A stretch of DNA of 64,000 bases, taken from contig OZ316895.1 in the NCBI GenBank assembly GCA_973895155.1, positions 6,502,136-6,566,135 of the forward strand. Direction: 5' to 3'. This stretch comes from Marsupella aquatica. Taxonomy: Eukaryota > Plantae > Marchantiophyta. Positions 1 through 10,846 of the stretch are shown here, piece after piece; the stretch's first letter is position 1, and each line of letters starts with the position of its first letter. The position numbers were made by a program, and so were the translations under genes. The notes beneath the pieces were generated by a model. It was not told where the DNA came from, did not search any database, and saw only the letters and a program-made list of their open reading frames with translations.

Positions 1-559
1 GTTGGGCTTTTTGCCTTTGGTCTCCTCAGGTTTCTTTTTTGTGTTCTCCCCTTTATGGGAACTTTGATGGAGGGAGGCGGTCCTTACAATAAAGCGAAGG
101 AACCTAAATTAAAATAAAGGGTTGCTAGGGAACATTTTGGACTTTTTGGCTTTTGGCGCTCTGTAGGGTTCCCTTTTGTGTTCTCTCCTTTACAAGGTCT
201 TTGGCCCCTGGTCTGAGTGTACTGGTTTGGCCCTTTTTGTTATTTGACAGTCTAGTATGTAGGAAGGAATACACATTGATAATATACCAGTATATTCCTA
301 ATGACAAAACTGACCGGCTCCTCAGCTACTCTCATCTCACATTTCCACAGGAGTTTCTAAACTCCACATAATAACGGTGGCCGTCATCCCACCACAGCAA
401 ATGAATTAAAATCATATTCAGCCCCATTGGTATGGTAAATTGGATGCCTTTGAACTCGAATGAAATCTCGCAAAAGCTTCTATAGTGCACGTGAAGATTG
501 TGGCCCTTCAGAGAATGTACCACATGGCCAGACCTAACTTGCTACCATGATGCCCCTGT

Positions 560-658
560 CTCAATGGACACACTTTTAGATATTAGTTATTCTCTGTCTC
601 CCTCTCTCTCAATGGACACACTTTTAGATATTAGTTATCCTCTGTCTCTCCCTCTCTC
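560..658. repeat. ~49-bp tandem duplication
   Basis: CTCAATGGACACACTTTTAGATATTAGTTAT.CTCTGTCTC occurs twice. Confidence 0.85.
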
Positions 659-2214
659 GGGTTTGGATACTTCTCTTCTCACATTACTACTGTAATCGTT
701 CCCTGTTTGAATATAGACAAATGCTTGAGGGAGTGTCTGAAACACTTGTTTCAGTCCATCAAGTGCTTGTATTAGAAGAAATTTGAAAGCAATTTCGAAG
801 TTGGCAAACAACTGATTTGAATTGTAAGAAACTTTTCTTTCTTTCTCTCATCTCCCTCTGTATCTCTTTTTCTGGTTTTGGGGTACATAGATAAGATCAT
901 TAGCTGGCCTTGCAGTGGCTTGTCTTGCCTTCTATGTATTTACTTGTAGAGTAAATCGGATCCATATCATCAAGGAGAGGAATTAACTCTTTGACTAGCA
1001 CAGCCACTTGCGAGTCTTGTAGTGCTATTTTGCGATCTCCTGGACTGACAGCTCCATTGGACATTGAGAAGTAGCATGACTTGGCTACAAAGATGGCTAT
1101 TCTTAAGTTATCACATGTCACACTGTCAAGGCACAGAAAAGACCAAACTGGGAGATAGGATCCCAAAAGGAAAGAGACATAATAAAAGGAATATACAAAC
1201 TTTTTACAGAAAAGTGTCAAACAGAGTACAAAAGAATAAACAAAAGAGGTCCCAAGTGAACAAAACCAAAAGAAAAAAAAGTAAGTAAAGGAAACCCCTA
1301 AAAATCAAGAAAAAAAACTAAAATTATTGCAAATAAACGGAAGTCCTCGTCATTCCTAATAAATGTGACAAAAAACTAATGACCCACATCAAGCGTCAAA
1401 ATTACAAGGGGCAACAAGGAAACTACAGGAAGGCCAAGGAGCCAAAAAGGTAGAATAGTGACATTGGGTTGAGTCCTTTTCGTTCCGTAGTACGGTATAA
1501 AAGCTGAACAAACGAGGATGGCTCTCAAAACGGATGAAGATAAATATAATGCGTCTTGGCAGGCATCCAGGCTCGTTATCACATGCGCAATATCTCGTCG
1601 TAACTACTAATTTACGTACTTGTAGGGAAAGATGCAGCAACAAATATTGTTCTTTGTGGCTACGAGACAGCATCAACATAGATCAGAAGTTGGAACCAAC
1701 AGCGACGGTAAATGTGTATCTATAGCAACCCAGAACCCAGGTCCGAAGCATAGCTGCATTGGATGTCCTCCGATAATTGAGATCCGCTTCTCTTCAGTTA
1801 ATGCACAAGGTCATTGACACTCTCAGCAATTATGTCAGTTGGATAGGATGTCTACAACTCGGACCCCATAAGGGCCTCAGCCAATTGGTGGGTTTTAGAT
1901 ATTACATAAATATGCCCAAAACTTTGTGGTCATGTTATTGTCTTAATGTATGTCTACTCTGACCTTTAGTCGTCACTCAGGACGACATTTTGTCTCTTTT
2001 AAATGTACTTTCTAGTAGACTTTCTCCAATCGTCATTGGTATTTGGTAAGATTCTTCTTTGACCACGTGAAAGGTTTCTACTCGGGTATTCACTTATTAT
2101 TCATAGGTTTGTTCTTTTCTGTGTTGTCTTAGACTCTTGTGCACAGCAACGAGCTCAAACCTCCGTGACCACACAATCCTCTACAACTAGAATAATTATA
2201 TTTGCAAGAATCCT

Positions 2215-2734
2215 CACGACCGTGGTAAGAGGAATGGGCATCAAAATCATTACAATTACATGACACCCATCTGGTTTCGTGCTACATTTTTGGTATCAAC
2301 TGTCCCACCAGAAATAATGTCATCAGTGTTTCGGGTAACACTCATTGAATCACTTGCAATTGTTGCGAATAAGGAAACTTGCAGCTTGGATGGACTTCCA
2401 GATTTGCCAAATTCTGATAGATTTTTGCACCTGGGCGGACTCGAGCAAAACCCTCTATCTGTTCATATATAGTACAGATTACACGGATGAGTAAAAAAGG
2501 CAACTGAAGAAGCCAATCATCTATGAAAATGTGTAGGTCTCTCAATTCTCTACTGAATTTGATGATATTAGGCTCAGAGGAAAGATCTTTCCAAGTAGTT
2601 TCTAACAAACACCAGAAAATAAGATTGATTTCATAGAGGGAGATACCAAATGTAAGTTAGTAACTGAATACCCACGACCGTGGTAAGAGGAATGGGCATC
2701 AAAATCATTACAATTACATGACACCCATCTGGTT
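2215..2734. repeat. 62-bp exact direct repeat (2215-2276 and 2673-2734)
   Basis: CACGACCGTGGTAAGAGGAATGGGCATCAAAATCATTACAATTACATGACACCCATCTGGTT occurs twice. Confidence 0.9.
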
Positions 2735-4794
2735 AGTAACTTACATCTGGTTAGTGTGGACAAGTGACTGATGGAAAGATTTTTGGAAATTCATTACTCT
2801 CTCAATGATTTATGAAAACTAAAAGATATTAGACTGATGGTGTCACGTCCATTGGCTCCGTCCATGGGCTCCGTCCATGGGCTCGGTCCAGTTTGACCTT
2901 GATTCAAGTCTTTGTGAGATACACAATTAGTGTCAGTAATATTAACTACTGTATACTTGTACTTGGGCGGCATCATCCCGCTCATAAACTCGTTCAGCTC
3001 CACGGCCATAGCCCAGAAAAGCTGTGGCCGGTATTTCCCGGTTATTATGCACCGACAAGAGTAACCGCCGACTACACACTCATTTCGTCACGAAGGAAAA
3101 GGATCTGGTACCGCTGACTCACCGTATCGTAACCCGAGCAGCGACTGGCTGCCATTGCAACGTACTACAGTTCCCCGATCAGGGTCCACCAAGAGCATGA
3201 AAGATGGCGACTATCCTTCTGCCCCCGTGCTCCGCCCATCTTTCCCTCACCACGCTCGGTCGTCCACTCGTTTCGCCCATCTTTCTTTCCAGGTTCCCTC
3301 CTTCTTTCCCTCACCCTCTCGGTCGTCCACTCTTTTTCTTCCACTGTACATGTCTGGTCTCTTCCACGGAGCGGTCGCACTTGTGGGGCCCAGGGCGGGA
3401 ATCGAAGGCAAAAACTGGACGAATGATAAGCTGCCGTCGATCTGATTTGGCCCCACCATCTCTCAGGCCTCAGGGAAAGCGATATGATTGGAGTCCGGAC
3501 TCCAGAGCAGGAGCAAAAGAGGACGCCAAGAGTCGCATCTAGAGAATCTCAGCATCATTCGCTTTCAAATTAAATATAGCTTTCCGTCTTTTCAGGGTCT
3601 TTTTACAGGTACGGTAACTAGACATGCATCATGCGTGGTATTTTAGATGTGTAGTTATGGGTACGGTAATTAGAGATGTTTTCCTACTATTTTAATAAAA
3701 GTAGAAGAGAATCTTCATATTAAATGTAACTGAATATTAACCTTGATATACTTAGAAACCCAAGAGATTTTATTTTTGCTAATATTAGTAAAAACTGAAG
3801 AGAATCTTCATAATCAGTAGATCTAACACTGACTTGTAGTTTATCTATTAATGCCCTGATTACAAGTGAAAATCATGAACTGCATTAAGGTAATACTAGC
3901 TCAAATACGGCATGTGCTCCCCTACCCAGACTCTCACAGCCCATTTTGTTTATAAACATGAGAACTGCCCATTTTGTTCAAAAACATAATTTAAACATGA
4001 GAATTTGCTTTTACGAGACTTTGATCAAGAATCATATATACATAGAAAATGGAACATAGATATAATTGTCTTCCTATGGATTACTTGTCTTATTGTAGAT
4101 TGCAAACCCAATGCCCGTATTGCACGATTAGCAAGGCATGGAAGGTGAGGTGCAAAAGACAAGACCGCGGCACAGATGGCGAGGCAGAGGATGTGTGGGA
4201 AGACCGGCAGGATGCACAGGAAGGTCTTTTTGGCCAATAGAACCGTGACAGAAAATAAATTAATCAATGAATGACCATGATTGCTTCCCGCCCATGTGAC
4301 ATTTAGTAAATAAACTATCGCCTACTGTAGAATGGGCGATAGCATATAATAGCATTTATTGAAAAAATTGGCCAATCACTGATAGAAACCGAGTCCCAAA
4401 ACCCGATTCCCAATACCCGAATAAGCAGAGTAAGCAAAGAGAGGCAGCGATCGATCATCGATGGCAGTGGACCCGCTCAATGTCAATCACCACGGTGGTA
4501 GATTTACCCCATGCCGGCTCAGTAACAGTTTGGATAAGGCTAACTGAGGAATCAGGGTGAGAGAGAGAAAACAGACGTGGGGACCGACACGACGGCGACG
4601 GCCAGCCACGGCACCGAACCTAACCGGACCGGACACCATTAATGACCGGACCGCGGCGCTTCGGATAGTTTTGGTGTAGTTACGGAGCTGATTGCTGAAT
4701 CGCCGAAAAGCTCGTGCATAAGGGGAAACCAAACTCTACGGCCGTGACGAGGATCGACTAGGGCATCGGAAACGAATATGAGGATCTCGGCTTT

Positions 4795-4802
4795 GCATAT
4801 CC
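4795..4802. promoter_or_regulatory. P1BS (PHR-binding, GNATATNC) candidate upstream of BTA1
   Basis: GCATATCC matches GNATATNC about 1.1 kb upstream of the BTA1 ATG. The motif is short and could be chance. Confidence 0.35.
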
Positions 4803-5363
4803 ATAGCACATTCCTACATCATTCCTGCAATCGGAGATCCTCAAAAGGTTTCAATGCACCTCGCAATTCTCCGCATTATGATACCGCGACAGCCGATGCG
4901 AAAGATCGGCTCCCGATGGACTGAAGGCACGCGTGGGAGAGCAGGTATGCCGAGGCGACAAGCAGCGGGGACTAGCAGATTCAGCAGCAGTTGAGGTGCC
5001 GATTGAGAGAGGTATCAGATTTTTTTCTCCCGGCCCGACGACAGAGAATTTTTCGTTGTTGTGGAATGTGGTCGAGTGCGGTGACAGAACCTATAGAGAG
5101 AATGAATGCGTTAACTGAAAGTGAGAATCCGTGTGAACGAGGCGAGACAGTACTGTCTTGACGGGTTGACGGCCAATAGATAGCGCACAGGTATTATTAT
5201 TATTGTTGCGCCTGTTGTGAATGTTACACGTCTGGTTGGGCCGTCTGGTTGGTCCCACTGGTCCAGGTCGTTCGTCCGGTACTAATGTCGTTCCTAGTCG
5301 AGGAGACGAAAGAAGAGGCGACGTGGTTGGCTTCGTTTTTACATTTTTCCTGTCACCGATCTC

Positions 5364-5370
5364 TATTTAA
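5364..5370 (+). promoter_or_regulatory. TATA-box candidate for BTA1
   Basis: CTCTATTTAAG followed by a pyrimidine-rich, leader-like sequence, about 520 bp upstream of the ATG. Confidence 0.4.
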
Positions 5371-5879
5371 GCTGGGTTACAGTGCCTCATTTCTTATAGT
5401 CTGACAGACAGGACGATACTCAGGGCGGGACGAAGGACTGGGCAGCCAAAGCTCCACTCTGCTCCCTCTTGCCTTCCCTCCGTTCCTACCCCCTATCAGT
5501 ACTGCCTGCCATTCCTTGCTGTGTCACGACAGAGAAAGGTGACCGTCTTCGTCTTCCACCACCTCACGATTTCAGCTACCGATCGTTGTTCCATTCGTCA
5601 TCGTGGATTGCCTGTAGATCGAATAGATGAATCTGACTCTGCTCGAGTGTGACTGAACGCCTAAACCCTTCCACTTTGTTCCCCTGCGCGCCCCCCCCCC
5701 CCCCCCTTCCCAAAGCGCTAGTCAGATAGCTCACATTGCGTCCGCATTGCATAACATTGCTCTGCTGGCAATCTCGTCGGCTCTTGTTATCTCATGTGTT
5801 GACGATGTGCCGCTTTTTCTTCGTCGTGCAGGTGCGGACATCTCTGTTTTGGGCGTTATCTTGGTGAGCTGCAGTAACG

Positions 5880-8800
5880 ATGGTTTTTGCAATGGAGACC
5901 GTGAAGGGATGGTCGATGGACTTGCAGTGTCTCTCATCAATGTGGTTCAAACAAATCAAAGGGAAGTCGCACAAGGATCGTCTGGAGGCATTTTACAGTC
6001 CTCAGGCCCATGCTTGTGAGTCTCACTGGACGACGAGTCTATTTCTTGGAAACGATCACACAGCATTCTTCTCGGGGATGGATGATTGTTTCAGAATAAT
6101 TCGGGGAGTTGAAGCAATGCACAGCACCTGATTCATGTATAGCGAGCTTTCTTGAATTGATTGCGTTTCGGGACTGGTATAAGTACTGACTTGAGCGCAA
6201 TGTCTCATTTGTTACTGTTATGTGGGCGAGCAGATGACAGGTTTCGAGCCAATTTCCTGCACGGACGACGGCCGCTGATGGCCGCATGCGCCGCGAGGTT
6301 GCGTGGATCGTCTGGCATGGTTTGGGTCGATTTGGGAGGAGGCACTGCAGAGAATGTCGAAATGATGGCGGAGTTTATAGATCTGGCTTCTTTCGAAAAA
6401 ATCTATGTGGTGGACATGTGCTCTTCTTTGTGCAAAGTGGCTCGGGAGAAGATGGAACGGCAGGGAAGGAGTAATGTGGAAATCATCGAGGGGGATGCGT
6501 GTACCTTCGTGCCTCCTAAAGCTGCCACCCTGGTCACATTCTCCTACTCACTGTCAAGTAAATGTCTACCCTTGGCTGCTGACACGCCTCTCAGGATGGT
6601 GCTATTTGGTCGTTCAATTCCAAATGAGACGAAGTGAAGGCAGCTTATGGTTTTGTCGGACCACAGTGTACCGGCTTCTGAGTGGAAAGACCCAATTGCT
6701 TTACTCGAACTGTTTCTGAAGCAAAGGGGATCCTCTTCACTGAGATTTTATGTACACGGCGGGGATCTCGAATTTAATGTATATACAGCAAGCTGGCCAT
6801 CTTTCTTGAACTGACCCCAGGCGGAGAGTATGATCGTTCTGATAAAACTATGCCTCTCCTCGCAGTGATACCGAGCTTCATGGCGGCCGTGGACAAAGCG
6901 GTTTCCTACTTGGCAGAAGACGGCATTGTCGGCATGGCTGATTTCTTCACATCCAGCAAGTACGATCTCCCCAACCGACAGCACTCATTCCTTACTCGGT
7001 GGTTTTGGAGGACTGTGTTCGACTGTGATGGAATCGATGTGGGACCCGAGAGGCGTCAATATTTGGAGCACAAATTGTCACCAGGTGAAATTGCGATATC
7101 ATTGTCCCAGTTGAAAGAGATGCTGAGTCCAAGTCGGCTGTCATACTTTTAAGTGATTCCGTTTGGGTCGTCTCCCACTCGTTTCTTAAACCTCCATGGA
7201 ATTGGTTCACTAGCGGATGATCCTACGGAAATCCGCTGCCTGCTAACATATGGAGATGATGACCGTCTGTTATTACAGTTTTTGAGTTCAACTCAAGTGG
7301 CAAGATCCCCTACGTCCCGTACCTTCAGGCGCCTTTCTACATTTGGATCGGACGACACGTCGAGTATACTAGTGAGTCCCCAAAGTGATTTACTTTGATA
7401 GTCAGAAATTACGGATCTGTCCGTCAGAATCAGCTTTGCACCTGTGCCTTCTCTCTGTAAAGTCACTGACTATAGGATTGTATATGATGCAGAGTTAGAC
7501 GAACAACGTTTTCCTGCAAGGGCATCCGATGAGTTTGAGGCGAGACGACCACCTTCTTTCCCTCCGACCTTCCTCTACTCTCTGTCGTGGGAAGATCCCC
7601 GGGAAGATGACAAGGTTTTGCAAATCAAACCGAATGATACTGTGCTTACCCTTACGTCAGGTGGCTGCAATGCGCTGGACCTTGTTCTGCAGGTATTCTC
7701 CCCTGTTCTCGAAAGCCTCGTCGCTTGTGTTTATGACGACGCCCGTTTCAGGAGTTTGTGGGCTGAGTTTCCTAGCTGTACATCGATGTCACTATTAGGT
7801 ATGAGCTTCATTTTTCTGCACTAACTATGAGGTTCTTATTCCAGGGGGCAGGTCAGGTGGTTGCAGTTGATATTAATCCTGCCCAGAGCTACCTTCTCGA
7901 GTTGAAGCGAGCTGCAGTCATCAGGTAGAACAGAGAACTTGAGACAGTGTCTGTTCTTGTTAAATTTTCCTGCCACTGTCGTCGATATTACGTGGGCGAG
8001 CACATGAAATGGATCAGGCTGGAATTTTTGTTGGCAAGTTCACCATGTCTTATTCCGGATGTGCAGGCTACCATTTGAGGACGTGTGGAAGATGTTTGGA
8101 GAGGGTGTGCACCCGAAATTCGAGCAACTTCTGAACACAGAAATAGCCCCCTTCTTAAGTCAAGGGGCAGCCAATTTTTGGTTCGTTTCTTAATTTCCTG
8201 ACTTCTCTAAATTGCGCTTCTCATTCTGAAATGAACTTGGATAATTTTCGGCTGCCTCCTCCCGCTTGAATAGCTCCATGATCTGTATTTGTTTGTGTTT
8301 GTAATTCGCCTCCGTCTGACCTTCGAACTGATATATAGGATTTGGAATTTCGACTGATTCAGGTACCAGAAGGCTTACTACTTCAAAGATGGATTGTACT
8401 ACCATGGTAATCACAATAATTGACTTTCGCATGATTTGTTGATATGTTTTGTGTTGTCACTGAAGCTGTAGAAACCGTTCGAGTATTTCTTTCAGAATGA
8501 ATTTGCTAATTGAGTAGGCAAAATTATGTCTGGTTGACATCACCATTTCCGAAGAGTATTGAAATTGTTTTTTTTTTAACTGTTGTCAGGTGGGATGGGT
8601 CGTCTCTTACGAGCTGTTAGAATGCTTGCAAAGGTCACTCGACAGGTGTGTGAAAGGATCATTTCGACGGTTCAATGTTAACTATCTGAAGGAGCTTTGT
8701 AGACAAAAACTTGGAATAACGGCTGACAGAATTCTCTTGGATTTGTAGGAGCATTGGGTTGATTGTCTTGTGAATGCACCAACCTTGGAGAAGCAAAAGG

Positions 8801-10846
8801 AACTCTGGTAACTTTTTCCTTAACCCTCATTCCCAAAATTGTAATGTGGAAGCTTGATATTTAAGACGGTCATGTGAAAGGTCAGCTGTCCTGGACCCAA
8901 AAGAATCACACATCTACCCAGTGCCGTGATCGTATTGTCACTACAGGGTCTAGTTCTACGCAAAGAATTGGACAGGTCGCCTTCCGCTGAAACTTGCGTT
9001 TTTTATATCCTCATGAGTTCATTTTCTGTAGAACCGAAACTCGGGTTCCATGCCCGACTATGGTTTGATTTGAGAAAAAACATATTGATGCATCAAATGG
9101 AGTCCCTATTAACGCGATCATGTTGCTACATTTATATAGTTGTGGAGTCACTGAGTATCTTTTTGTCTTCTTAGGTTTGCAACCGTCGGAAAGTGGTTGA
9201 AGCAGGCCAACATCATCACTAGGATCTCTGCCTTCTTTTTCACAAATAGACTTGTATTGTGGTTCTGCGCTGGAGTTTGTAAGGGGCAACTCAGCTTGAT
9301 ACGAAAGGAGGATAATATTTATGAGTAAGCGCTCTTCTCTAGTCATCTGAGTTTCAAAATCTCTTAAAAAATCCCTTTACAGCACTGTATTCTGTTCCGA
9401 ATATGTTGTAGCCACTCACTCTCCGTCATATTGAATTTCGTACTGAGCTACACGATTGACTTTGCAGCTATATTGTTCGATGCTTGAACTCAACCGCTGA
9501 ATTTTCCCATCTTCGAGACAGGTATGGTGGTTGCACTTTTTTGCCTGTTGCATTTCTACGTGACGCATTTAACGGCCAAAGTTGCTTTTGATGCGACAAA
9601 CGTACAGCCAGTCTACAGTGTGCCCTGAATCTAAGGCTGCATTCACTGATTTGCTAATGTTGAGCAGGGCGTGGTACTTGGAAACATTTTGCTTACTCTT
9701 TGATCTCCTTGCTTTTACAGCAATTACTTCTACAGGTGCTGCCTGACTGGCCAGTTCTCGAGGGAGTGCTGTCCTCGCTTCCTTGAAGAAGCATGCTTCA
9801 ATAAGTTGAAAGTACGACCCCTAAAATCTTGGAGTACCTTGTATCAATGCACTTTTCTTGGAGAGCAGGGCTGATACTAAAACTGATTTTTACAGGTAGA
9901 CCTGGCAAAGGGAGAACGGCTTGTCATCCGCACTACCTCATTTGTTGACGAGCTCAACAGGAGACCATACTCCAAGGTATTAAAGGATTGTCTCATTTGA
10001 CACATTGGAGTGGGTGTATCATGCCTGTATTGCTGAGCAATTTGAAGGACCATATTTCGCTGATGTTCAACCGCTCTTCGCAGGTTATCCTTATGGATCA
10101 CGTTGATTGGTTGGAGCAGAAGGACATTGACACTCTTTGCAATGCGTTGAGACAACAAGTAATTGTAAGAATCTAGCTCAAGAACTTGTTTGTCAGCGCA
10201 CTGTCCATTGAGGTCACATATTAGCCCATCCGAAAGTCCATGTGTTTAAAGTCCATGTGTTTAATTGAGAGAAGTGCTTGTGAGAGCCTTTACCGACAGT
10301 TGGACGTTTTCCGGAAGTCTGGAAATCTATTAAGGTCGCTGTGCAAGTGTCTATTATGAATCATCTCTCAACAATTTTCGTGGCTTATTCATATTCTGAT
10401 TTATATTTTATTATCTTTACAGCCCGGAGGTCGTGTAATCTGGCGCAGTGCATCTCGGCGTCCAGGATACGCTCGATGCATTGAAAAATCTGGATTCGCA
10501 GGTAAATTTTCTCTCTCAATCGAACTACTGAGGAATTCGCTCAGACTTTCTCCAGGTTCGGGAATTGTTTTGAGGAAATTCTGCATTTCATGAACTGCCA
10601 AGGTCTTAATCTTTGGTGTTGGTTCTTTTTGCAGTAAGACGGATCCATACGAGTGAGAATTACATGGACAGAGTAAACATGTATGCAAGCTTTTATGTTG
10701 CGGTTCGAAATTTTGATGATTCGCCTGTGAGGATTCCAAATGTATTAATAGACAACAGTGACCAGAATGGCAAGGAGGACCGGGCGAAAATGCCAAGCTC
10801 ACCCGACTCTGTCCTGATCCGTACTCCTTCGGAGCAATCCTTGTAG
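5880..10846 (+). CDS. BTA1: Betaine lipid (DGTS) synthase BTA1, fused BtaB methyltransferase + BtaA/DUF3419 domains, 17 exons
   Basis: Spliced translation gives RLEAFYSPQAHAYDRFRANFLHGRRP, WVDLGGGTAENVE, TFSYSLSMIP, FLYSLSWEDPREDD, LTLTSGGCNALDL, VDINPAQSYLLELK, LMDHVDW, PGGRVIWRSAS and DRVNMYASF, all characteristic of algal BTA1. GT-AG exons with consistent phase: 5880(or 5892)-6015, 6234-6557, 6866-7084, 7279-7371, 7493-7692, 7845-7924, 8067-8180, 8363-8406, 8590-8645, 8749-8807, 9175-9324, 9468-9521, 9721-9811, 9896-9976, 10084-10164, 10423-10501, 10635-10846 (TAG). Confidence 0.95.

Noticed and set aside
8926-9174. Possible extra BTA1 exon
   Set aside because: Splicing to the CAG at 8946 gives an immediate stop, whereas the 8807-to-9175 join keeps frame and homology.
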